From: Candidatus Latescibacterota bacterium | GTDB lineage: Bacteria; Latescibacterota; UBA2968 | Assembly: GCA_965208125.1 (NCBI GenBank) | Contig: OZ242320.1 | Coordinates: 864,001-928,000 of the forward strand | Reading direction: 5' to 3' | DNA length: 64,000 nucleotides | Translations under genes and position numbers: made by a program | The notes under the pieces: model-generated | What the model was told of the DNA's origin: nothing | Database searches by the model: none | The model's input: the letters and a program-made list of their open reading frames with translations, nothing else | Shown: in pieces, positions 44,720-53,344 of the stretch | Layout: every line of letters starts with the position of its first letter | Numbering within the stretch: the stretch's first letter is position 1

Positions 44720-47700
44720 CTAAATGAAGAGACGGTAGTCATATGATGTGGCTCCAAAGCGCTGCAATAGTGAGCCAATACGGGCAATCTCGTTAGAAGA
44801 GTGAAGAGTCGCAGGAGCTTTTGTATAAAGATCAAAAGTATTCCAATTCATCTTCGACAAACCGAGAATTTCTTCGCAGATTTGCTTAAGGTCAGTTTGT
44901 CCCACATGCCGACGAATGGTCAGAGGAGCAGGAATGCGCCGTTTGCCCTGAAAATACTTTAATCTCGGATTAACGGCTGTTGTCGCTCCGTGAACCCAAA
45001 GCAAGGCCGTATAATCGTCCAATTGTACAGCCGTTCCACGCCGCACAGGATAATTGTCCTCGTCAATCTTTCCGTAGCGATCCGTTTGGGAGGCCACGTA
45101 CCTTAGAGCATTGTCAATCTGGATTTCTAACATGTCGATCTGTCCAACATTACCCAAACCGTCCAAAAGACCTTCGCGTTCTTCCCTTCTAAAGGGGGTC
45201 CGCTTATGTAGCACCACGCGATTGGGGAGCTTTGAATGCGCCTCATAAAAAAGCTCTCGGATGGTCTCACCTACACGCCTTGCATCGTCTTTAGACATGA
45301 ACGGATTACGTCCGCGCATAATCGGATTTTCGACTTTGCTGAGGCGATATTGCAAACCTTCGCCACGCGCACTGTAAATGTGGCTGCATCCCAAAATCAC
45401 ATGCTGATGCGGTGAGGCAGTTCTGTCAATGCTAAAGCCAAGCCCGACGAAGGCTGTGTCATCACTCAGATTGTCGAGCACCCAAGGAGTCCGCATGCTT
45501 TTGACATACAAGGCAAGGGAAAGCCACCACCAGACACGGCACTGTTGCCTGCCAGACAAAGTATCCTGATTGAGAAATTGGGTGGCTACCCCGCGCTGGA
45601 CGCAAAAAGCCTTAACAAAATCATGTACATCGAAACGTTCATCCTCATCGCTGTATCCACGTAATTGACTCCAGCGGTCTGGAAAAAAGATCAAGACTAC
45701 TTGGGGTGCATACGACGATTGAAGGGTTTGAATGCTGTCGTTGATTAGCCTTGCGACCTCAACCGCTCCTCGTCGAGGGTGTGTTTCTCGTGGCTCAGGA
45801 CAAGTGACCCATCCCGCAGTACCAGGGGTTGGTATGTCCAAAGGCAGTCCATATGCTTGTTGAAAACTTGGATATTCAATCAGATAATCCTGTTCATTTT
45901 GCGCCGGTCTGTGACGCCCGTGTGCTTGAGCAAGGTATGCATGGAGCTTGCTCGTTTCTATATGTGGGCATATAACGCCAAGCCGTACCGAAGGAGCAAG
46001 CCCCCTTTGCGTCAGAGCAAAATCATAAGGTCTGTTATTAACCACACCTTTTATTGGATGTATGTCTTTTATTTGTCCGGAAGCACTACGATTGGAAAAC
46101 ACAAGTGGAGGTTCGGGAAGTTCTACACCTTGATGTTTGAGGAGAGGCCGCATACTCTGGGAAATTGTTAAAGAAGAGCCACCCGCACGGCTAATTTTAG
46201 CGAAAATTGGAGAACGATAAACCTTGAATTTGAAGGTTGAACCGTAGTTTGTGGGGTATTCAAAAAGATTTTGTCCTCTATTGGGAAATAACTTGTTACG
46301 CCATTCGTTGATAGCCTGATTAAAGGGCCCATTGTGTTGCCAGCCAAGGATATCAAGCTTAATCGAGTTAGCGATTTGATGCGGTACTTGTTCTCCATTC
46401 GTATCCAGTACTTTGATAGACGGTTTCAAAACCAGATATTGCCTATTTCCTATCCGACGTATAAACAGGAGCATAGACTGATAGGCAATACATTTTATTC
46501 CACCTTGCTGGATCGTTTTAACGGACCGTGAAAGCCACAATTCTCTACGACCATCCGTTTTGATGCCAGCCGCATCGGCTATGGCACTAACCAATGCTTC
46601 ACGCGTCAACGAAACTATTGCACCATCCTCATATCGAAATTCCTCCGGCTCCACTGGCGTTCGTTGGATATCGCCTTTGATGTTGTCGTCAAATATTTCC
46701 CGCATGTCATCAATCAGGCCGATGGCAAGTACCTTGCCTCTCAGAGGAACGGCAACGACGTGATGATTGCATGTTTGTTCCCGTAGCCAAGACCAAACCC
46801 TCTCTTTCGGCCACACTTTCATATCAAATTGAAACACTTCCGTCGGGCAGTCAATCTCAAATGCATTGCTTTTAATGAGAGTGCTTATTTGCTGTGCAGC
46901 GATCCGAAATGGTTTCCTATCGAGTAAATCTCGGGAAGCCATTTGGGAGAGGTCATTCTGAGCCGCCTGGCGTGCCTCGCTGTCAAGACAATGCAAAGCC
47001 AAACGTGTCATCAAATCGTCAAAACCTTGTGCGGGCACATAAAAAGCTTGTCGCTTATTTGCTCTTGCATGCCGAACTAAATCGGCGATGTGTTCTGGTA
47101 TCTCGCCATCTCCATACCCACACCAGTAAAGAGTACCCAACCCTTGTCCAGTGTAGGCAGTTTTAAACACTTCCATAACTGACTGATCGCGTCCGCTGTA
47201 TCCAATCACTATCATAGGAGTATTGCGGAGTTCTCTAATAAGAGCCTCTCGGAGCTCTGTCTCTTGTGTTTGCAACTCTTCCTGTGTGTTCTTCAGAGAA
47301 TCATAGCGATAATCTCCGTGCAAAGAAACGCAGACCAGTTCCCCTTTAGATGGAATCCGATGCAAACGATCTTGACAATCGATACCAACTTCGATTGTCG
47401 TAAGATTGAAATCAGCAGCAGTTCTTGTAGCAAATCCGTCGAAATTGGTTGTCCAGACGGACCGCATTATGTCACCTTGAGCCAAATGTGACAGCAAACG
47501 ATAGCCCACATGCGGCTTAGCAGAACGTATTCTATCTTGAAAATACGCTCGGCGGTTCTCCATAATCGGATAGCAATGTTCGATATAAAATTCATATTCG
47601 TCGGTACTGCCAGCCGATGGAAATCTGCCCTGCTGGTCCAGCCATTCTTGAATACGACTCTGGACACTGGGAAGGGATAGTTCAGAAAATTGCTCTTCAA

Positions 47701-47899
47701 GGCCTGGATTATTGGTTGCAAAAATGCTTCTCTTCCACTCCCATATACATTTTTCGGCAGAGGGAATACCAGAACTAACAGAAGCACCTGCGCCAAGGAA
47801 AAGTGCGTGCTGCGTATCCCGGTTCACACCAACTGAACGAATGAAAGCATCAAGTGGGAGGATTATATCTTCCTGTTTTTTAGCGATATTGGGTGTCAT
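44720..47899 (-). CDS. Single-chain SIR2-APAZ-short prokaryotic Argonaute (fused SPARSA-type)
   Basis: SIR2: LFLGAGAS.SSGIP, WTTNFD, LHGDYRYD, IGYSGRD. MID: HDFVKA..TQFL..LYVK..PW. PIWI without DEDX tetrad: FVGLGFS, VVLHKRT, GLSKMNWN, YDYRLFI. Confidence 0.92.
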   Translation of the reverse strand: MTPNIAKKQEDIILPLDAFIRSVGVNRDTQHALFLGAGASVSSGIPSAEKCIWEWKRSIFATNNPGLEEQFSELSLPSVQSRIQEWLDQQGRFPSAGSTDEYEFYIEHCYPIMENRRAYFQDRIRSAKPHVGYRLLSHLAQGDIMRSVWTTNFDGFATRTAADFNLTTIEVGIDCQDRLHRIPSKGELVCVSLHGDYRYDSLKNTQEELQTQETELREALIRELRNTPMIVIGYSGRDQSVMEVFKTAYTGQGLGTLYWCGYGDGEIPEHIADLVRHARANKRQAFYVPAQGFDDLMTRLALHCLDSEARQAAQNDLSQMASRDLLDRKPFRIAAQQISTLIKSNAFEIDCPTEVFQFDMKVWPKERVWSWLREQTCNHHVVAVPLRGKVLAIGLIDDMREIFDDNIKGDIQRTPVEPEEFRYEDGAIVSLTREALVSAIADAAGIKTDGRRELWLSRSVKTIQQGGIKCIAYQSMLLFIRRIGNRQYLVLKPSIKVLDTNGEQVPHQIANSIKLDILGWQHNGPFNQAINEWRNKLFPNRGQNLFEYPTNYGSTFKFKVYRSPIFAKISRAGGSSLTISQSMRPLLKHQGVELPEPPLVFSNRSASGQIKDIHPIKGVVNNRPYDFALTQRGLAPSVRLGVICPHIETSKLHAYLAQAHGRHRPAQNEQDYLIEYPSFQQAYGLPLDIPTPGTAGWVTCPEPRETHPRRGAVEVARLINDSIQTLQSSYAPQVVLIFFPDRWSQLRGYSDEDERFDVHDFVKAFCVQRGVATQFLNQDTLSGRQQCRVWWWLSLALYVKSMRTPWVLDNLSDDTAFVGLGFSIDRTASPHQHVILGCSHIYSARGEGLQYRLSKVENPIMRGRNPFMSKDDARRVGETIRELFYEAHSKLPNRVVLHKRTPFRREEREGLLDGLGNVGQIDMLEIQIDNALRYVASQTDRYGKIDEDNYPVRRGTAVQLDDYTALLWVHGATTAVNPRLKYFQGKRRIPAPLTIRRHVGQTDLKQICEEILGLSKMNWNTFDLYTKAPATLHSSNEIARIGSLLQRFGATSYDYRLFI

Positions 47900-47979
47900 A
47901 ATGATTAAATCCGTTCGTAAAGGTTGCTGCTCCTTTAGCCGTTCCGGTCAAGGGCATAGATGGTCAAAACGCGGTATAG

Positions 47980-48050
47980 TTGCCGAACAACATAAGCGAT
48001 CCGAAGTCTCAGCCACAAAGGACAAGAGATTTGAGGGAATTTTCAGCCAT
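47980..48050 (-). pseudogene. Probable 5' remnant of a DUF6516/TumE-like toxin gene
   Basis: ATG right after the upstream stop reads MAENSLKSL, then shifts frame to FVAETSDR; no full ORF. Family recalled, not searched. Confidence 0.35.
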
Positions 48051-48051
48051 A

Positions 48052-48321
48052 TCAATAAGCGGGTTGTACACGCAATACGTCTGTTGGGTCGCTTTGGTGG
48101 AGTTGTTCACTATAAGCTGTCTTGCGGCGTTGCCAGGTTTCGTAAATGCCTTTCCACCGACTGAAATCCGTTCGGGTCTCGTCAAAATCGTCGTAATGCG
48201 GTAATTTTCCCGCCATTAAAAAATCGTAAAAATCCTGATTGAGAATCCCGTATTTTTCTTCGTAAAGCGTGAGCCGCCGTTCAAGCTGCTTCATCTCAAG
48301 GACGAGTTCGTAAAGCTCCAT
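48052..48321 (-). CDS. Small antitoxin-like protein (TumA-like)
   Basis: LERRL..YEEKYG..DFY..G....D.....DF..W..YE.W pattern; AGGAG RBS. Confidence 0.55.
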   Translation of the reverse strand: MELYELVLEMKQLERRLTLYEEKYGILNQDFYDFLMAGKLPHYDDFDETRTDFSRWKGIYETWQRRKTAYSEQLHQSDPTDVLRVQPAY

Positions 48322-48343
48322 TGTAGTTCTCCTTTTTGGACAG

Positions 48344-48372
48344 AGAGTAGGGCAATAACAAACTTATGTCAA
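48344..48372 (-). promoter_or_regulatory. sigma70-type promoter upstream of the antitoxin/SIR2-Ago/mod/res run
   Basis: TTGACA(48372-48367)-17 bp-TACTCT(48349-48344). Confidence 0.5.
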
Positions 48373-48406
48373 CATACTTGAATGAAACACGACTACAGAA
48401 TCGGCA

Positions 48407-49822
48407 TTAGCTATCCTCCTCCGGTACTTCTGACATAGCTTCTTTGTATTCATTAATCCATGTTTCGACGTCTTTTTTGGAATAAGTTCTGGTATCAGCA
48501 CCGCTGTCTGTCGGCAATTGATTGTTTGGGAGCCGGTCAATGTGCGGTTCCAGTTTCTCTCGCAACTCATTTGCTTTTTCATCAGACAAGCCTTCTACAA
48601 AGGAGTCCACATTCTCCCTACTTAATCCGCCCTCAAAAAGCATACCTGATATATCACTTTCTCTGTCTATTGACTCCGTCAGGCGCTTTGCAAATCTGGA
48701 TGGCTTGAGGAAATTCCTCCAAGCTTCGGCTCCCCATAGCTGTAACTCGCCACGAAAATCCTCTGGCAAGTACTGCGCGCCAACAACCCCTTGTAGGTGC
48801 GTCATCCACAGAATAGCTTCTTGCAGGTGCGCCCCGCAAAGAATAGCTCCCTGCAGCCCTGTGTCTTTCATATTAGCGCATTGCAAATTAGCAAAATAAA
48901 GTATAGCCCCTTGTAATCGCGCCCCAGAAAGATCAGCCTTTTGCAAATACGCCCTATAAAAAATAGCTCCCTGCGAGTACGCCCATTTAAGAATAACTTC
49001 TTGCAAGCGTGCTTCGATAAGCGTAGCCCCTTGCAGACATGCCTTGCTAAGATTAGCCTCTTGTAGATACGCCTTGTCAAGATGAACTCCTTGTAGGCGT
49101 GCCTCACGAAGATCAGCCTTTTGCAAATACGCCCCAGTCAGAACGGCCCCTTGTAAATGCGCTTCCGTAAGCGTAACCCCTTGCAAATGCACCCTTGTCA
49201 GGATGGCCTTTTCTAAACGCGCTCCCCATAGATCTGCACCATTCAGCCAACTTCCTTGCAAGTTGATGTCGCAACCTTTGAAAACCTCGTGTTCCTGCAC
49301 GAACAGCAATCTCAACAGGCTTTGTATTTCTTCTGAGGGTTTGGACTCATGCGCTTTCCGATACTCATTTTCGCTAGTCGTCTGGCGGATATGGAGGCAG
49401 AGCATGTCCAATACCGTCTGGGACAACTCTTTGGAGTCTTTAGCCAGATGAAAGAGTTCGTAGGCTCCGCCCCAACGCACGGATTCTTTTTCATTCCCCA
49501 GGTGTTCAATAGCGTTTTTTAGACGTTCCTGCCGTAGTCCTTGCTCGGTATGTGAAGCGGTATCTTCCATCGCCTTGGCGCGTCTATGAGAAGCCAGAGC
49601 TTGCAGGGCGACCAGTATGCCGCCCAAACCGATTCCCAAAAATTTCAGGACCTCGTATTTTCGATTTTCACCTACAGATAAACCAAAACGTTTGAAAATA
49701 CACTCGAGATTTTCAGAGTACAGGACAACCATAAAAACTATCGCCAAAACAATTAACAGTGCGACAAGAACAACCTGAAAGATCAAAAGAGGATTTTCTT
49801 TGATTTTAGAAACGAGATTCAT
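48407..49822 (-). CDS. Membrane-anchored pentapeptide-repeat protein
   Basis: Two N-terminal TMs, ERLKNAIEHLG..VRWGG.YEL, then about 30 A(x)LxG-type pentapeptides (AYLQKADL, ARLQGAIL). Confidence 0.88.
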   Translation of the reverse strand: MNLVSKIKENPLLIFQVVLVALLIVLAIVFMVVLYSENLECIFKRFGLSVGENRKYEVLKFLGIGLGGILVALQALASHRRAKAMEDTASHTEQGLRQERLKNAIEHLGNEKESVRWGGAYELFHLAKDSKELSQTVLDMLCLHIRQTTSENEYRKAHESKPSEEIQSLLRLLFVQEHEVFKGCDINLQGSWLNGADLWGARLEKAILTRVHLQGVTLTEAHLQGAVLTGAYLQKADLREARLQGVHLDKAYLQEANLSKACLQGATLIEARLQEVILKWAYSQGAIFYRAYLQKADLSGARLQGAILYFANLQCANMKDTGLQGAILCGAHLQEAILWMTHLQGVVGAQYLPEDFRGELQLWGAEAWRNFLKPSRFAKRLTESIDRESDISGMLFEGGLSRENVDSFVEGLSDEKANELREKLEPHIDRLPNNQLPTDSGADTRTYSKKDVETWINEYKEAMSEVPEEDS

Positions 49823-49915
49823 CGCGGATTTTTCGAACAAAGAATTAAGGATGTTCGGAGAAATCGAACATCCTTTAATGGTTAACCAGAAGCAATTCAA
49901 GTTGATTATGGAACT

Positions 49916-50059
49916 TTACGCAACCGGTTTCTCAAGGATACGTTTGGGAGGCAGTGACACAATGGTATGACCACATGTTTTCTCTTTTTTGCGAAGATCT
50001 TCGCAGATCGCGTGGGTGTCTCTTATCATTCTAATTTCTTCGATAATAGGATCCCTCAT
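49916..50059 (-). CDS. 47-aa small protein not in the ORF track, resembling small partners of PIN-domain toxins
   Basis: MRDPIIEEIRMIRDTHAICEDLRKKEKTCGHTIVSLPPKRILEKPVA with GGAG RBS upstream. Confidence 0.55.
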   Translation of the reverse strand: MRDPIIEEIRMIRDTHAICEDLRKKEKTCGHTIVSLPPKRILEKPVA

Positions 50060-50095
50060 GCTGCGTCTCCATCTCCTCCTTTGGCTTCTTTAGAA

Positions 50096-50614
50096 TTAAA
50101 AAATTTTGTTATATTCACGACAGGCGGCTTCCAGCGATTCTGGCGCGGGGGTTCGCAAATTCCCCTCTGTACACATCTGCTCAAGCACATCAACATGTCT
50201 TCGACATTCCCGCTCTCGTCTAAGCTTGGGATATTCGTCCGTCTCGTTCACCTGCTTACCATCCAGATAGGCAAGCCAGGTTTCGATATTGCGCCTGGGA
50301 ACAAAGATGGCGACTTTATCGCTGTCTTTACGCAACGGAAGACCTTTTTCATTACAAGCATCATCCAATTGTTTCATCCGCTCCTTGATGCTGTCATTAT
50401 CACCATCAATCATCACCACGAGAATACCATTGCGTCTGCGAATGGCGTCCAGATATACTGGATAATTATCTCGAACAAATTGCTCGCCAGCACCTGCGCC
50501 GGGCCTCGGCCTCGACACAGTATATATCCTCCGATTGCGTTTTTTGAGAAATCTTCGGATAAAAGCTTCGTGCTGTTTATCTTCGCAAAGGACGGTAATT
50601 GGGGGACGATTCAC
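50096..50614 (-). CDS. TOPRIM-like protein partnering the ABC ATPase
   Basis: ITVLCED (glutamate), VVMIDGD (DxD), RNIETWL; 4-bp overlap with the ATPase gene. Confidence 0.6.
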   Translation of the reverse strand: MNRPPITVLCEDKQHEAFIRRFLKKRNRRIYTVSRPRPGAGAGEQFVRDNYPVYLDAIRRRNGILVVMIDGDNDSIKERMKQLDDACNEKGLPLRKDSDKVAIFVPRRNIETWLAYLDGKQVNETDEYPKLRRERECRRHVDVLEQMCTEGNLRTPAPESLEAACREYNKIF

Positions 50615-51705
50615 GGCGCGAGTCCCTGAGCGTAGAGTTCAGAAATTTTTAACATCGTATCGTTTTTGACGTCCAGGATACGCGTATGGCTCTCCGGATC
50701 ACGCCCCAGCCAAACCGCCTTATCGCTGAGAAAATCAATTGCTTCGGGATGGTGCGAAATCAATATGCTCTGCGGCAGATTGTCGCCACAGCCATCCTCC
50801 AACTCGGCAAACCAAGGTTGCAGTTCCGGAAGAGTGACATAATTATCCGGTTCATCAAAAAACAAAGTGCGTTCAGCATCATCGGCAAAGAGTAGCAAAT
50901 AAAGCACAATCAAAGCACGCTGACCATCTGAAAGCTGGTCAAACCGATATATAGACCTCGATCCTACATCTGCCGAGAAAAACTCCGCTTGCAACTCTCT
51001 GTAATCACTGCCTTTCTGAACAAGTCTCAAATCTACGAAGCTCGGCAGAACATCGCTTAGCTTATCCATCGCATCAAATATTTGGCGAGGATTTTCTTGT
51101 AGGCGTCCCTGATACCACGACGCAAAATTTTCTCCCCCACTACTGAGCATATCGACGTCAAAATCCGAACCGCTTCTCATACGTTTTGGCTCCAAAGAGA
51201 GCGTTACAAAGCGGCGAACTTGATCCCGGAATAGACACAACCGGGTATAGTCTGTTCGTTCGGCCACTGGTGCCAGTCCCGATTGCATCCAATCAAAAGA
51301 ATATCTTGGCCCCTCGCTGTGATCGTCGCGATAAAGTTGTACGTTACCTTCTTCAAAAACAAAGAGCGGCCTATCATCAAACAGAAGCTCTTCGCGCATC
51401 ACACGCGCAAATCGTATTTCCGGTTTGTGCTCAATCACAAGACGATAAAGACATCGCCCACCAGAGATGTCGATCTCCAATTCGAAGCGTTGCTCGGGCT
51501 TTGTGCTCCAATGAGTGAGATCAGTAGAGGGAAACAATTCGCCGACACGTGCATCGCCGCGAATAAAATCGCGCAGTTTTCCCGCAACTTCAAATATAGC
51601 CGACTTACCGCATCCATTTGGTCCGAGGAGCAACGTCAATTCCTCGAAACGAATCTCAAAGTTGGTCAGACATTTATAGTTGTCAATGTAAAGACGTTTG
51701 AGCAT
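50611..51705 (-). CDS. ABC/AAA_21-type ATPase (AAA_15/RecF-like)
   Basis: IDNYKCL, Walker A GPNGCGKS, signature LSDGQ, Walker B FFDEPDN, H-loop ISHHP. Confidence 0.88.
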   Translation of the reverse strand: MLKRLYIDNYKCLTNFEIRFEELTLLLGPNGCGKSAIFEVAGKLRDFIRGDARVGELFPSTDLTHWSTKPEQRFELEIDISGGRCLYRLVIEHKPEIRFARVMREELLFDDRPLFVFEEGNVQLYRDDHSEGPRYSFDWMQSGLAPVAERTDYTRLCLFRDQVRRFVTLSLEPKRMRSGSDFDVDMLSSGGENFASWYQGRLQENPRQIFDAMDKLSDVLPSFVDLRLVQKGSDYRELQAEFFSADVGSRSIYRFDQLSDGQRALIVLYLLLFADDAERTLFFDEPDNYVTLPELQPWFAELEDGCGDNLPQSILISHHPEAIDFLSDKAVWLGRDPESHTRILDVKNDTMLKISELYAQGLAP

Positions 51706-51884
51706 GGCAATTTAATCCCATAAAATCCACGGGCACGGAAGGCGGAAAAACGAAAATATAAAACCTGAAGGCATGTATCTCGCGTCATACCTAAAATAAA
51801 GAATGGCATACTTCCATGCAAGGGGTCGTTCCGTATAGTGCTAAATCAATCGGCGTTGGGCTTTCCTGTCTCATTCAGAAAGCC

Positions 51885-53102
51885 TCAATTCGCCAGATCC
51901 AGAATCGTCTCATCCTCAATATTCAACAGACGGCCCACTTCGAGCAGTCGGCCCTGTGAAATCTCCCCGCGCCACCACGCTTCCAGAGCCAGCCAAAGAA
52001 CCTGCCAATCCAACTCGTGGTCCAAATGCGCTTCGGCATCCTCTACATCGGCATAAGCTCTCACAGCACGCAAATAGCGGTTAGCCTCTTCCGTCTGATC
52101 GAGAAGCGTTTCAGTTTGCTCGGCACCCAGAAGATTCAAACCGCGCAACCGCCAAATCGCCGCCGCATAGCTCACCCCAAAGTGCCGGGCCAAAAGCGCC
52201 ACATCCACATAGGTTATATGCTGCGAACGCGCTGGACTGCGCAACGCACCTTGAAAACCCTCTCCCGTAACGGCATCCATTGCCGCTTCCTCGCGCCGAG
52301 CACTTCTTCCTTTACCCAAACTGTGCAGAAAATCTCGCACCCCCTCTTCGGGCATCAAGAAGGCTGCTGCAAAAGCATTCGCCCGCTGCTCAGTCCTCGT
52401 CTTAGCATTATGAGCACTCGTAACAGTAGCCGCCTCATCGCGGTCCATAAGCGCGTGACCGTGTTCATGAGCAAATGAAAACTGCCGACGCACCGGTGCC
52501 TGATTGAGATTAGCCAGAACCGCCATACCAAAATCGGGACTACTCAAAAAAAGACCCGAAATTTTATCGGGCAACGGCAAAGCCGCCGTCCAGATATTCT
52601 GGCGAGCCAGAGTCTCAGGCACATTAACGGGCGCATTGCCCAAATCGAGACGCCGACGCTCCTGCTCTGCCACAAGCTGGCCCTGAGCAATCGCCTGTCC
52701 CACCGACCGAGGGGGCGGAAGTTCATAACTGGGCAAAGAGACATCTGTCCCGCGACCCGTCAGCCGTCGAAGCGAAGCGCCTTCTCTCAGCAAACGCAAA
52801 CAACGCCGAGCTTGCTCCTGAACAACCTCGCTCTGCAAACCTGGCTCCGCGCGAAAAAGCGCGACCACCGGATCTTCCTGTTTGAGCGGACTATCCGGAT
52901 TAACAAACCACTCTACCGAACGCCCGTACAAATCCGCAAGACGGGTCAGCTCAAGCGTAGAAACCTGCCGCTGGCCGGATTCCATAAGACTAATCGCAGA
53001 CCGCTGTAAACTCAGGACTGTACCTGCGGCTTCTTGAGTAATATGTCGGCTTTCGCGTGCAAATCGCAATCGTTGTCCGATCTCTTCGGAAGTAATGATC
53101 AT
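51885..53102 (-). CDS. XRE-family HTH fused to ImmA/IrrE Zn-metallopeptidase
   Basis: IGQRLRFARE..ISLMESGQR HTH; RRQFSFAHEHGH (HExxH), EQRANAFAAAFLMP, FGVSYAA. Confidence 0.92.
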   Translation of the reverse strand: MIITSEEIGQRLRFARESRHITQEAAGTVLSLQRSAISLMESGQRQVSTLELTRLADLYGRSVEWFVNPDSPLKQEDPVVALFRAEPGLQSEVVQEQARRCLRLLREGASLRRLTGRGTDVSLPSYELPPPRSVGQAIAQGQLVAEQERRRLDLGNAPVNVPETLARQNIWTAALPLPDKISGLFLSSPDFGMAVLANLNQAPVRRQFSFAHEHGHALMDRDEAATVTSAHNAKTRTEQRANAFAAAFLMPEEGVRDFLHSLGKGRSARREEAAMDAVTGEGFQGALRSPARSQHITYVDVALLARHFGVSYAAAIWRLRGLNLLGAEQTETLLDQTEEANRYLRAVRAYADVEDAEAHLDHELDWQVLWLALEAWWRGEISQGRLLEVGRLLNIEDETILDLAN

Positions 53103-53153
53103 GACGCACCTCTGAATATTGGGAATATCATTAATAACCGTCTATCCAATATC

Positions 53154-53216
53154 AATTTAGATAATCGCACTATACTTGTCAATAATAGAAAATAATTGTT
53201 TTGATTATCGCACTAT
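53154..53216 (-). promoter_or_regulatory. Promoter of the XRE-ImmA gene overlapped by a 14-bp direct repeat (putative operator)
   Basis: TTGACA(53182-53177)-17-TAAATT(53159-53154); gataatcgcactat 53160-53173 and gattatcgcactat 53203-53216. Confidence 0.6.
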
Positions 53217-53344
53217 CCCAAAAACGCATTCTTGACATAATAGGCTTTTAAGGACTATATTTCCGAACACTGGACTGGGGTTTATTCCTGGTCGGCAGTT
53301 GGTCCTGGAATCTCTCGGGACCTTTCGCTTTTTCGAGGTGTATT

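Noticed and set aside
44720-46200. Catalytically active slicer Argonaute
   Set aside because: Tetrad positions are substituted (FVGLGFS, VLHKRT), and SIR2-APAZ replaces the N/PAZ lobe.
48780-49260. Tandem DNA repeats as CRISPR or VNTR
   Set aside because: They are the 15-bp periodicity of coding pentapeptide repeats; no repeat-spacer array or cas gene is in the window.
51793-51874. 27-codon ORF MRQESPTPIDLAL.. after the XRE-ImmA gene as a remnant of a PIN/DUF4411 partner
   Set aside because: Too short and no recognisable motif.
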